From: a virus
Taxonomy: Duplodnaviria > Caudoviricetes
Direction: 5' to 3' (one strand)
IMG/VR virus record: IMGVR_UViG_3300014205_000212
Span: 10,107 to 74,106 of that record
DNA length: 64,000 bases
Program-made: the position numbers and the translations under genes
In this document: in pieces, positions 35,857 to 50,800 of the stretch
How positions within the stretch are numbered: position 1 is the first letter of the stretch
Layout: every line of letters starts with the position of its first letter
Notes under the pieces: model-generated
What the model was told of the DNA's origin: nothing
Databases searched by the model: none
Seen by the model: only the letters and a program-made list of their open reading frames with translations

Positions 35857-38800
35857 TTAACAATTAACTTTTTGTGTATTTGTGTTTTTAAATTCTGCAA
35901 ATGATATTTCAGTATTTAATATTCCATCTTTATTCATTGTATTATTTAAAGCATTATATATTTCTCCTCTTTTATTTGCAATATAATTCCATATTTCATT
36001 TATAGCTTTAGAATCATTAAACTTTATATTATTATTATTTAACATAAAATCTCTTACTGCTTTTTCAGATGATAGTCCAGCAACTGTACAAATTATTTCT
36101 TCAACTAAATCTCCAGGAGTATATTTAATATTATTCCTTTCAAATTTCTGTTTTATCATTTCAGATAATTCATGATTTTCATTTATCATAGTTACAGCTT
36201 CTTCTACTAATTCATTATATTTTGATTTATCTGAAATACGTAATGTCTTAAACCATAAATGTGCTATTTCATGTACTAAATCTGTCGTTAATACAATATC
36301 GGAATTAACATATATTTCTCCATTATGAACTAAAGCTCTTGTATTAATAGGTCTTCCTAAATGTTCATTCATTTGTTCTGTAGTAAATATATTAATCTTT
36401 AATCCTGGTACCATGCTTTGTAAATATTGTATAAACATAGTTAAATTTTCTCTATTCAATCTTAATCCATCCATAAATTTCAAGTCAGTACTATCTAAAG
36501 AGAATTTACTATTTAATTCTTTTATCTTCTCTAATAGATTAGCAGATTCTTCATTTACATCTGCTTTAACAAATTTAACTGTTGTATTATCTATTGGAAC
36601 AGCTTTAATTAAAACTCCTGTCTTTGTAGAATAAACAGATTTAGGATCATAATTATATCCATTTAAAAATGTCTTTATGATAGGAATAAAATTATCCTTA
36701 TTCATATCAGATTCTTCTTCTGCACTAAATACTTTTATTAATTCAAATGATGTAGCCTTTTTTATGACTTTATCTGTATCGACTTGATTATTATTAACCC
36801 ATACTGCATTAGTGTCTAAATACAAGTTATCTAGCGATTTCTTAATGTGTTTAAATTGATAAAGCTTTTTGTCTAAATAAACTTTCTTCAATACTACATC
36901 AGGTCTTGCTCCATAAATATCTGTTGAATGTTTTTCTTTAGAATAGAAGTTAGAACCTCTATAACTATTAAACATTATATCTGATAATTGACTTGCTATA
37001 TTATCTCTAAAATTCTTATCTGATAATTTAGATTCAAATGCTTTTATAGATTCTGAATAATTTTTCATCCAATCTACTCCCATCACATGAAGAATACTTC
37101 CATTTATGAATTTTAAATCTCTTTGTATTATTTCATAAATCTGCATTAACTCTTTTATTTTATTTGGGAAACTTCTAAATTCATCTACATATTTCTTAAT
37201 AGTATTTTCATTTATTTCCATACTATTTCTTAATATCAATGTCTGTGTTCCTTCAAAACCTGTAGTTTCTATTTGAGAAAAGAAATCACTTCTTCTTAAT
37301 TTATTTAACTGATCAGGAGAAAAATTATATTCCGGATATTTTTCCATAATTTGTAAGTCAGTTAATTCTTTTACATCATCTCTAAATGTTATAAAGAATT
37401 CTGGAAACTTAGATATAAATAATTCTCTATCTGATAATAATGATAAATTTAATTTTTGTAAAATATTTTCATTAGAAGAATATTGTCCAAAGATATTTAG
37501 TTCTTTAGTAGATAAATCAAATGTTCTATCACTATAATATTGTTTAAAATATATATCATTTATAGGTTTTGCAAATAACTTCTGAAAGTTTATCATATTA
37601 TTTTGATAATCCCATTTTTGTAATTCATTTCTTCTTAAATGATACTGTTCTATTTCTTTTATAGCATCTGAATACATATAGAAATAATCTTTTTCTAAAT
37701 CTCTTTGTTGACGTATAAGAGAAATATTTTTCATAAAGTGTGGAAAACTTCTTGCTATCTCAACTAAATTACCATTTGAATAAATATTTCTTTCTCTTCT
37801 AATTAATGCTTCTGTTAATAATTCTCCTTTACCAATATTAGAAGGTCTTACTTTTATAACTCTATCAACATAAAATTTAGATTCATCATTAGTCCATTTT
37901 TTAACTGATATTATAGGTTTATCATTTATATCTGATATAACCCCTTGTTCATTATAAGATACTATTACAGGAAGAATATTAAGTCCAGATGTTTCTTTAG
38001 TTATATCAAAATTATTAACTGTAGAAACATTAAGATTAAGTAATAATAATTTATCATAAAGATTTAATTGGTCTTTATTAGCTTTTGCCTTTGATTCATA
38101 AATAGCATTACCACTTTCATATTCATTATTATAATTATCATAAGACTTTTGTGTCATAGTTTTTAAATCATAAATTCTAAAACTACCTTTCTTATCTACG
38201 GTAATAATATCTAACTCTCCAGCTACTCCGATATTATCGCTTTTTATTCCTTTAATTTCACCTTCTAATTCTCTGCTCTTTAACTTAATATTAGATGCAT
38301 AAACTTTCTCTCCACGTAATTCAAATCCTTCTTTTAATGATTTTAAATATGTAACATATTTATCAAATACATCTTTAGAAGTAAATGCAGATGCATAATC
38401 TTCATATTTCAATGATACGCCATTAAAATACTTTCTTAATATTTCATCTGACATATTACCTACTTCAATTGCTACTGATTTTACAGAAGTTATTTTTTTA
38501 CCTTTTATAGTAGATAGATAATCTGAACTCCTTTGATAATAATATTCTATTTCACCTTCTGTATTTCTATCTACATAATGAGTTTTATCTGAAGCCAAAG
38601 AAACATATTGTTGTTGCTCAATCATTTTCTTAACTACTTCTGTTGTATTATAATTATATGTATCTCTAACTATAGTAGTTCCTGAAGATAATCTTTCTTC
38701 TGCTAATTTAGCTCTGTAATATTCATTATCAGATAATTTAAAATTCTCTTCATGATTATTGGATTGCCATTCTTTATTATCTAATAAATCATCTATCGAC

Positions 38801-41800
38801 ATACCCATCTTTTCTATCTCACTTATTGTCGAAGCAAATTCAAAATCATTAACTTTTAAACCATTTCTTGTACCTACTACTGAACCAAATCTTCTAATCC
38901 ATTCTGATTTACTTACTATGTCTTGAAGTGTGGTTAGAAGCTCTGTATTCTCTTTTATGATATCATCAATATTTGATAAATCTTGTTCATCTAATTCAAT
39001 TTCTTCTTGTTCTCCCATTAGAGCAATTTTCATCTCATTGAATTTAGAATTAAGATATTTATAATGAAGTGGGAAAGTTTCTTTTATAGACTTTCCAAGT
39101 TCTTCTTTATGGAGAATAACTATTTTTCCTTCTTTAGATCTACTCAATACTTTATTAATTCGACTATCTACATGAGTTTTATAGGCTTCTATATTCATTA
39201 AAGATAAATCACCACTATCTATAATGTTTAAAGCATTCTCCATGCCTCTTATACTCTTTATTCCTTTTCCTGGACCTATAGGACTTTCATAGTTTTCTAT
39301 ATTATCTCCAAATACATATAACTTATTTGGATTATTAATTACTACTTGTTTAGTTATAGTATCTCGAGTTACAAATATTTTAGCTTTATCATAGCTTTGT
39401 TTATATTCTTTCTCTCTTTCATAAATCCTTTTAGTATTAGATTCAATATTTAATAAATATCTATTTATAATATCTAAAATTCTATGTTCTTGTTTGCTCT
39501 CTAATACATTAAATCCTTCTTTAACATCTGCATAAACAGATTTTATTATAGGTTCATTGAGGAATAACTTTATTTGAATATCATTATATCCTAGCATTAA
39601 TAAGATAGGAACTATTGGAGATGTTGTTTCATCTACTCCCATCTTACCTAATGATGAATTTTTAATATTATCAATAGCTAATACAAGATAATCCCCTATT
39701 CTGATAGGTATAGACTTTAACCCTTTTACTTTAGATAATGATACTATATCTTTAAATCCCGGCATTAAAGAAGATAATTGTTCTTCTTTTAACTGCATAA
39801 GATATGATACTGTAGATAATGATTTAGCAAGTATATCAATAGACCTTAATCCGGAATTAGTCATTTCATATTGACTAATCATCGTATTATAAAGATTGAA
39901 TGATTTATTTGCAAATCCTCTATCTCTTAATTTTAGATATTTTTTTTGTTCCTTTTCAGTAAGATTATTAAAATCTTCTGTTTCTGTTACCTTAATACTA
40001 TTATTAGCTATATCATTTATAGCATCTACTGATGATTCAAGTAAAATATTTTCAGCATTTTCTATATTATAAACTGATTTTATTTTCTCAATTATGTAGT
40101 CATTCAACTTATTATATGAATCTAATTCTTTTATATCCGATAATATTGATATTCCAGATGCTTTTAATGAAGCAGAAGCTGACTTATAATATACCTGTAA
40201 TTGGTCAATGTCAAAGTCACTATCATTTAATATTGTCAATTTAGGATTTATATAAATAACATTTCCTTTATCTTGTATAAAACCAATAATCTTTGCAGGA
40301 ATACCAAATCCAAGTCTTGAAGAAGGTACACGTACTAAATATAGATTTAAACTATCTTCAAATGTTTCTAATGCAGTTATATAATCTCCTAATGATAATA
40401 CTTCTTTATCTTCATTTCTTAATAAAATGGTCTTCTCTCTATTTATTACTGATGTTTTTAATTCTTCTACTATCTTTTCATCTATAAGTGTATGAGCAAC
40501 TTTTTTTAGATCTCCTTCTTTAGTAGTGTAATATAAAAATCTTGCATCATTAATATTTTCTGTTTCTAAAAATCCATATTTCTTAAAATGTGAATACGAT
40601 GCCACTACTTCAGCTTCTTGTAAACCTTCTTTAGTTATGTCTAATGTCTTTAAATCTCTTACTTTAAATTCTCCAAAGGTTCCATTCTTTTTTGCTTCTG
40701 TCAAAGTAAGATTATCTATAGTGCCAAATTCCTTCTCTATTGAATTAAGAAGTCTTGTTTGACCATTTGCATCTTCAAAGATTAATATTCCATCTCCACT
40801 TAATTGTGTGCTTCTAATACCATTAACTTTCTGTCTTATTAATGATGATGTCATATAATTCCTTATAATTTGTATCAAAGGTATTCTTACATTGTTTGTC
40901 TGTAATGATAAAGTCTTTGTTGATAATACTTCTCCTAATGCTCCGGCATACTTACTTCTATTTATAGATGATAGTCCAGTAGTTCTTAACCAACTATCGA
41001 AATCATTTCCTATTTCTTCTATGATATTTGCATTTTCCATATCATAGATTAAAGAGAATGCTGTAAATATATCATTAGCATTATCTTTATTAGTTTCTTC
41101 TCCTGTACCTATAATAGATAGTATCTGATGCATTAATTGAACATTCTTTGTATTCTCTATATCTTGATAAGGGTTTAATACAAATCCTAAATTTCTTGTA
41201 TTGAATTCTCTTCCATATAATCTTTGAGTAACAACTTCGCCTTTATCATTTGTAGCATATATTCCTTCGAAATTAAATGGATTTACTATTTCGGTTCCAG
41301 ATTTACTATTTGTGGTTCCGGCTATACCCCAAGGAATATTAGACTTAATGATTTTTTTATTTTCATCTTTATTTAAATCTTCAATAAGCATATCAGATGC
41401 TTTCTCTATAGATTTAGTAGATGCAAAATACTTCATGAATTTCGCTCTTCCATTAAATGTATATTCTCCTAAATCATTTTCCTTGAAACTATCAATATTA
41501 TCTTGATCCCATGAAAATAACATACTATCTAACTTAATTCTATCAAGTAGATTTATATTATATGATTCGGTGGTTATGTCTTCCGAAGAATGTTTAATTG
41601 TATGATGATTATCTGTTACATAATCATGATCAACTAATAATGTTTTATATACCTTACCTTGAAAAGGAACATTCGTTTCTCCACCAAAGTTTTTTATAAT
41701 TAATCGTGAGAATATAGGAAAGGATGTCATACCACCATCGTTTCTAGGAATAGATTTACCTAACTTTTCATCTTTGATATATGTGTCATTATTATATCCT

Positions 41801-44800
41801 TGATCATCTATGATATAATATTTTGCTTTTAACTCAATACCATCTTCCGATATACTTTCTCCTATATTAGCATAATTAGCCGGTGTAGTTGTAGGTCCTA
41901 AATATTTAGTTTGCTTTGATAAATCTGAAAATGCTGTTGTATGATTCATTATCAAAGGCATTATATTTTGGTTAGTAAACATATATGAAAAGAAATGACC
42001 TTTTAATAAAGGATTTAAATTATTATTCTTATCATAATATACTCCACCATCTACTCCATTTAGACTTGCTACATCTTTAGGTAACATAGTCTTTAATTCA
42101 TATAGTTTATTTGTATATTCTCTATATGTTAAAGCAAATAATTTATCTCTATTTGATGTTGATTTATCTGATTCCCATTTAACTGAATTCTCATAGTTAA
42201 AGACTCTATTATAATTTAATTTAGAGTTTTTAATATATGATTGATATGTTAATGCTAATCCCGGAAGAATAATTGTTTTAATTTTTTCTTTACCTGTTAT
42301 TTTATCTACTTCTTTAGTTTTAGAAACAATATAATCTTTACCATCTTTAAGATTTAATAATACTGCTTGATAAAAAGCTTTTTTATTTTCTTCTGATAAT
42401 CTATTTTGAAAACTTTCAAAGGCATTATATAATAATAAATGATTACCTGGTTTAAATATATCTTTTTCGTCAGATAATAAATCAGTCATTTCATTTGCTG
42501 AAAATAATTTAGTATCTAAAAGATATTTAGAAAATCGTTTCCATCTTCTTGTAGATAAAGAATTTTCTCTTTTTAATCTTTTAAATTCTAAATCTACATG
42601 ATTGTTAATTAGATTATCATTTAATTTAATACTTTCTATTTGACCATTATTTAATACAGTATAGAACATTCTTTCAGTTCCATTATTATCAAATATAATT
42701 TCTGCTTTAAATAATGATTCTGTATCTGATACTGTATTCAAGGATAATGATAATCTTTCTAATTTTGATGCAGAAGATTTCTTTACACTCTCTATAAACA
42801 TTCCGAGCATCATTTTATTCAAATCTATAGATGTTGGCTGTAATGTACCTTTATATCCTTCTATTCCTTTAAATGGCTTTATATATTCTAAAGTCATAGT
42901 ATTTTTATGATTAGAAGAAGTTCCTATGATAGGATATAATAATTCCCCATTGTCATCTACTAGATTGCTTGTTAATATTGCCTGTGTTTCATTATCATTT
43001 AATTCAGTTTTTATATCTTCCATTACTTGTTTTGGATTATTCATAATCCTTGATAATGAATTTTTCTGTATCAACTTAAATTCTCTTGTGTTATCTTTTC
43101 TTCTTATCATTGAGATTCTATCATATGGTCTAATTTGTAAATCCATATCTGCAATGACATTTAGAAATGTATATAGGTCTGTTGGTTTATGAAAATCATT
43201 TCCTACGAAATTATCATACTCTGATGCTTCTTCATCCATCATTTTCTGTTTATCACTAACAGATGATTTCTCTCCATAAATACCTATAGTCTTTTTATAT
43301 TCTTCTATTTCATCATTAAATACATTAAGATTTTTAACATCTTGATTATATAATTCTTTTATTGCATCAGACATTTCAGGAGCATTTTCTCCAAAATAAT
43401 CTTTATATGTATCAGAATTTCTTAATTCTTCTATTCCTAAAGTTTGATTTATATTGTTATATGTTGCCTTAAACATATTTAATAAACCATTAGCTATGAA
43501 ATTTTCACCTATCTTGTTTTTAGGTGCCATAGTTTTAAAATTAGGAATTATTTGTTTAACTCTTAATTCTGTTGCTTCGCTATCTTTTAATAAATTAAGA
43601 AATGTTGTCGGAGCTATTCCATTTAATCCAAATAATTTCTTTAACTTTAATATGTAGAATAAAGCATTTGATTTAAATTCATCTGTTAATTGAACAACTC
43701 CATCTTCAGTTGTAATTAATTTAATTACATTATTACCTAATATTATAGATAGTGAATCTGATGTAACAATAAATTGTTTATATTTTTTACTTACAAATTT
43801 ATTCATAATTGACTCATACATTCTATCATTGAATCCAAACATATGCATAATCATTTGTTGTGACATCTCATTAGTTAATGATGCAACATTTGTATTATTA
43901 ATATTAGTAGTAGTAACTATCTCTCCATTTTTAGTTTGTTTTACTTCTGCAGTAAATCCACTTTGTAAATGCAATGAATTATTCAATGAACCAAAATGAT
44001 TTAATATATTTTCTAATTCATCTCTTCTTAATTTAGATTCCTTATCTTTTCTTATATCTGCTTGCATGATATATTTCTCAAAAGAAACCTTCTCTGTATC
44101 ATTAATAACTACATTAGTATCAAATAACCTTGCAATTAAATTATATGCTACTTGTGCCCTTCTTGTAGTTATAGGTTGCTGTTTTACATATTCTAATATT
44201 TCATCTTTAAATTCTAATAAAAATGATTTTTCTTTTAATCCTCTTTTATTAATTCTATCAGATATTTCATTTATCAAAGATTCAATATCATGTTTAGAAA
44301 AGAATGTTTTATTATCCCATCTACCTAATTTAATTTTACCATTGAATGCTTCTATGTTTCTATATGGTAAAGTTTCTAATATAAGTTTTAGATTATTTGA
44401 AATTAAATCAGCCGGTTTAAATTGTTTACTCCATGTCATTGCATCAGTAGTTTTCATTCTCTGCAATGTTTCCGGATTAGTATCTGATACTATATCAAAG
44501 AAGATAGCATCAAAGACATCTTTTTTAGATAATTGAAATCTTAAATATTTTTTAAAATCTGAATCTGATTCAATATTTTTAGCTTGATCAAAATTTAACT
44601 CATTTAAACTATATTCTTCAGAACCTATATTTACTTTATATTCAGCATCTACTTCATTATCTTTATAAAACTGTAATAGATTAGAATATATATCTGAAAT
44701 ATTATTTCCTTTTACACTAGATAAAGATGAATAGAATGATTGTTGAACAAAACTATGAGCTATTTCATTTCTTAAAGATTGTACATTTCTCCCAAGTAAT

Positions 44801-47800
44801 TTATTTAATTCTTGATATGTTACTTTCTTTGACTTCTTTACTTTCTTATTTATTATTTCAGATGATTCTGTATCATATTCTTCTTCTAATAAATGTTCTT
44901 CTTCATTCAATGTTTCATCAGAAGACATCTTTGTAACATGATGATTATTTATAATCGGTGATTTATCTTTATAGTATCCGGATTCTATTTCTTCAAGTAA
45001 ATCATTTAATTTATTTGTTTGAAGAATGTATCTATTATAGACACCTTCTAACCACTTCATAAATCTTTGTAGTAATCCTTTTACTGTGTATATAGATTCA
45101 AACTTATCTGATTGATGTTTATATCCATATTTATTAGCCATCCATTCTTCAGCATGGTCTTTATTATCAATTCCTATTACTTCACTTACTTCTTCATATA
45201 TTTCTGTTTTCTGTTCTTCAGTTAAATAATAGTTCCAAATAACGTGAAATATTTCATGTCTTATTGTTGGATTGTTTACTCCTCCATTTTGTAGTCTTAA
45301 TCTAATACTTCCATCTTTTAATAAGCCAAAACATTTTCTACCTTTATTTACTAATTCATTTTCATATAAGGTATTCTTACCCCATAATTCTTCTCCTAGT
45401 ATATTATTAATAATTGAATTAGATTCTTCTATTGAAGATGTTAAATTAGCTCTTAACATTTTATTTAATAATCTATCATCTATAACTTTTTCTCTAGTTA
45501 ATTCTGCATCATAAGTATCATCATTTGATTTATTTTCATTATCAACTAGATTATTAATATTAAAGAAATTATAAGGCATGTGGATATCCTCTGCATTTGT
45601 TATAACCTTCTCTTTTACTTCATCAGATGTTATGTCATAACCATCTTTACTAAATTTCAAGTAATCATATCTTTCATCTAATTTAGATGTCAAATAAGAT
45701 ATTTCTAATTCTTCATTATTCTTTTTTCCTGTTTTATTTATTCCGGATTGAAGATTAATTAAAAATGCTTTTAACATTCTTACTTCAGCATTGATTCCGG
45801 TAAATCCTTTAGCATATATATCTAATAATGAACTATTTTTTATTCCTTCATAATTAGTGTTTATTCTTGTAATAGAATTCAATCCCTGTACTACATTTAA
45901 ATATTTAGATATAACACCTAATTCTTCACTACTAAATAATGATTTATTATTATTTAAAATTTGAATTATATGTAAGGAATTAATTATACTATTTACTTGT
46001 GGAGTTATTTTATCTTTTAATATTTCCTCTATCATTAATAAATCTTCTTCGATATAATTATTAACGATAGATGTATTTAGTTTTCTTGTATTCGCAACAA
46101 CCCAAGGAGAAGAATTATTTATTTGTCCATAATCCCATCTTACAATTAATCTTGTTCTTCCATTTAGTGAGTCAAATAAAACCTTAGTATTAAATTTTAT
46201 ATCTGATTTACTTGTTTGGTTTTGTATAGATTCAATAAATGAACTTATAGGTTGTTCTTGTTTACCATATATAACTGTTCCTTTTACTGATTCATTACTT
46301 GATAAATTAATTAAACCTAAAGATACTTGTTCAAGATTATCCTTTTTAGATAAATCAAATCCTTTTTTTCTTAATCTGGCTGTATTTAAATTAAGTTGAT
46401 TTAAACTTGGATTGCTAGTTTGAAAACCATTATTAATTTCTTCTTCAATTTCTGCTTCTGTTCTATTATAATTAGTAATTCTATTTTCATTAGTTAATTC
46501 AGTAGATTTAAATGTGTCCATAAGAACTGTAAGAAATAGAAAATCATCATCTAATAATATATCACCATTAGCATCGGTAAACTTGTTAACTATATAATCA
46601 TGTAATTCTTTATTAGTCTTATTAAGTTTATACATATACTCTTTCAATTCTTGTTGATTAGGTACAAACTTTATTGCAAGTATATTTGAACCTCTAAATT
46701 TTGCATCTGCTAATGATGCTTCTTTTAGATATATTAATTCTAAATTATTAATATTTAAATTATCAAAGATGAATTTAGTGAAAAGTCTTTTATTATCTTT
46801 TCTTTCTTGTGTAATAGGTTCTTTACTTAATCCTTCGATGTATGTAAAATTTGTTCCAAACACTAAATTGCTATCTGAAACTTTAAATACTTTATTTAAT
46901 TTACTTTCTAATGTTTTATCTACTTTAGGATTTATATAAGAAATAAATTCTCCTTGATTAAATATTTTACCATTAGTTAATTCAAATACAGGAACAGTAT
47001 TATTTAATTTGATAGATTTTAATTCTACCATATTACCATCATTAATAAAGAAAACATCTCCTACAGATATATCTACTTCTTCTTCGTTTATTTGTATTGA
47101 TAATGAATCTTTATTAACTTCTTCTATATTTTTATTTTCCTTTTTTTCTAATAAATTATAGTTTATTAAAGATTTATCTGTTTCATTTCCTTTATCATCA
47201 TATAATTGAATAGATACTTCTCCATTTGAATTTACATCATCTGATAATATTTTACATGTTATATTATTTAATGAAGGAATTACATACCAATCTTCTTTAT
47301 TAATATTTTCTTTTGCTTTTATAACTTCTGCATTTATTCCTTTTGAAGCATTCTGTTTTATATCTTTTACTTTATCATCACCATAAATAATCTTATCTAA
47401 ATATATAGCCTCTAATTTCTTTGTTTCAAGTGCTTTTTCTTTATTTAAAACATTTACTGATGCAATATCTGTTTTGATATCATCAATCCACCATGTAGGC
47501 TTTTTATCGTATTTTAAAGATGTAATTCCTATCATAGATATATATCCATAATTAGATACTCTACTTAATGCTGTATAAAAAACATTACCTTTAAGTCTAT
47601 CATCTGTATATTGAGAATATTTTGCATAGTTTGGAAAATCTATTGCAATATAAATATTCTTCATTCGTAAACCTTGTATATTCTTATATTTGGTTTGAGA
47701 TTTATTTGGATCTATAACATATATAAAATCTTCTTTACCTACTAGTCCAGGATTACTTGCAATGAATTTATCTGCTTCTTCTTGATTTAAAAATATTATA

Positions 47801-50800
47801 GCCTTATCAACTGATGTCTGTGAAAGAAAATCATTTATTACATCTGTTTCTGTTAATGAATATTTAACTCCTCTACTTATTCTATCTACTACTTCATGAT
47901 ATACTCTTGGCATTATATCTCCTTGCAAAGTTGAATAATTACCATTAGTCAGTCCTGATACAGCCCAATTAGTCATAATTTTTAAAGCTGGATCCTCATT
48001 ACTAAATGTGTATGTTAATGGAAATGTACTTAAACCGGTATATACATTATATCTATTTAAATCTAATGAATTTAGTGGTATCATCTGAGTTCTATCCCCG
48101 GCAAATATTACTTTAGTATTTACACTTGCGAATTTATTTTTAAGATTAATTATATCTTCTTTTGTTAATGTAGAACTTTCATCTATTACTACTACATCAT
48201 ATTTAGAAACATCAATCTTATTATCTTTTAATAAATCTTTAGTTAAAATTGTATCTATAGATGAACTATAAAATTTTAAACTATTTTTTGTTCCTGTTAA
48301 TAAATCCTCAGTTAATGATACTACAGCAATTTTTAAATCTGTTTTGGTTAATGATTTATGCAATAATAAACTCTCTACTAATACTTGCATTGTCTTTCCT
48401 GAACCGTAGGCTCCTGATATGCTTAATGCGTTTTTAAATTTAATATTATTAGTTAAACCGGTATTATACATATCTAATACTGACATTCCATCAATCAAAT
48501 ATGATACTATTAGTTTTTGAGATTCTTTCTGTTCTTCAGTAGATATATTAACTTTATCTTTAAGTTTTGATAATATAAGTTTATCTACATCATTTAAGTT
48601 AACTGCATTCATTTGAGTTAACAGATTTATAATATATTTACTTCTTGCACCAATTAATACACTAGATACCTCACTTGTAGATACTTCTCTTAAACTTTCT
48701 AAAGTAGATACATTAGCAGTTTCACCTTTAACTAAATAATTAAATTCATTAGTAACATTTAATTGCTTTTTAATATTATCAATTAGTTCTTGCGTAACTA
48801 ACTTTTTGCCATTTAGGAATTTATATAATGTATCAAATATTTGATTTAATAACTTATTATTTTCAAGTATTAACTTTGCATTATCATTAGATATATCTAA
48901 TGCTTTATCATTTGATAAAACAATATCTTTTAATAATTCTACTGCACCTTTTAACCCAGCTTCATTAAATATGTCAGGAATAGCTTTTTGTATTTCTTTT
49001 ATTGCATATACCTTATTCTTACAATGTATCTCTTTCGCTTTATTATTATAAGCATCTCTACTCTGTCCTAACTGTTTTACTTTATCAGATAATACCTGTG
49101 CTTCTGATTCAAGTTCTATTAGTCTTTTAGATAATATTTCTAATTCTTGATTTGATAATGTTTTTTCTCCTAAATATAAATGCTTCTGTATTTGATTACT
49201 TACTCCTAAAATATTTTTTGCTTTTATAAATTCATTCATAAAATGAATAAAATTCTGCAATCTATCTATTTTAAAATTTATATCATTTATATTGAAATTT
49301 TTATTATTTATTAATTCCTCTATAGATACTAATTCATTTTCTATTCCGGAAGTAATATAATTTCTATAATGTGTTTGTTCATCTATTAATTGTTCATCTG
49401 AAATTGTTAAAGCTGATTTATCAACTATAATTTCAGGATTATCTTTAGTTTCTACAATATACTTATTATCCTTCTGTAAATGCTTTCTAACTATGGCTCT
49501 TTCAATTCCTTTTTCTGTTTTAACATTTACTATCTCTCCTGATGAAAAATCTGTTAATTCTCTTGTATTTGAGTTTCCAAGAAATGACTTAAATCTATTT
49601 AATGTTTCTAATGTTGTTTTCACACTTGCATTAAAAGACATTAATTCTAATTCATCTGTTTCTTTAGATTCTGTTTCTTCAACTACTTTAGTGATATTAC
49701 TTATTATATTTTGTATCTTATTTGATAGTAATTGAGAAAAGTCATTCTTCATAGTTACTAATGGAACATTATCTGTTAATGTACCATCTGTATTAAATAT
49801 ATATGAATTTAATTCTTTATTTAACCTATCTAATTCATTTGTAGTTTCTTTTGTAGTTCCTTTTGTATTTATTATAGGATTAAACTCTGTAAGTTTAGTA
49901 TTATAATTAGTTCTTTTAATTTGTAATGCATCTATATTCTCTTTAGTATTTAATTTACTTATATAGTTATTAAATTCTAAATCAAAATCCCTTGTATTTA
50001 AATATAACTGTTGATTTACAAAAGCAAATCTTTTATTATATTCCTTTAAGTATTTTGGACTATTCCTAAATTCATTCGTAATTTTTTCTTTTTGTTGTTC
50101 GAAATATTTATCCGTGGAATCCTTTACTGTTTCTGTTATAACTTTTAATTGTTTTCTTCTATCATTAATAAATGCAGGAAATGCTGTTCCTTTTTCTATA
50201 GTAGTCAGATTTTTATAATCATTTAATAATCCTCTTTTAAAAATAACATCTTTCCTTTGTAATTGATCGAGTTTTAAATATGCTTCTTTATTACCATTTA
50301 AATCTTCATTAACCTTATCAATCTCTACTTCTATTTTTGCTTTCTCTTCTTCGGTCTTTGCTTCACTTAAAGATGTTGTTAATTCGTTTAATTTAGTTTT
50401 TGCTTTCTTTATATCTCTTTGTACATTTAATGTCTTAAATACATAGTTATCTTCATCTGATTCATTTGTTAATGCATTCCAAATTAAAGGATTACTAGTT
50501 TTAAATTCTTCTCTATCTTCTAATCTCTCATTAATTCTTCTTCTATATAAATCATATAAATATTCATTCTGATTCTCTACAATATTTGTATTAGTATTTT
50601 TCCATGGAATATTATATTCAACTTCATATTTTTGTTGATTTGTCTTCTCTATAGTTATTGGTTCTCCATCAATATTTAATTCATTACTTCCTAATAATCC
50701 TTTTGAACCTAATGTAGTTAAATGATCAATTAATTTAGTGGCTCCTGCTATTCCATCTTTATCAATTATTTTATCTATACTTTCACTTCTCTTTCTTCCT

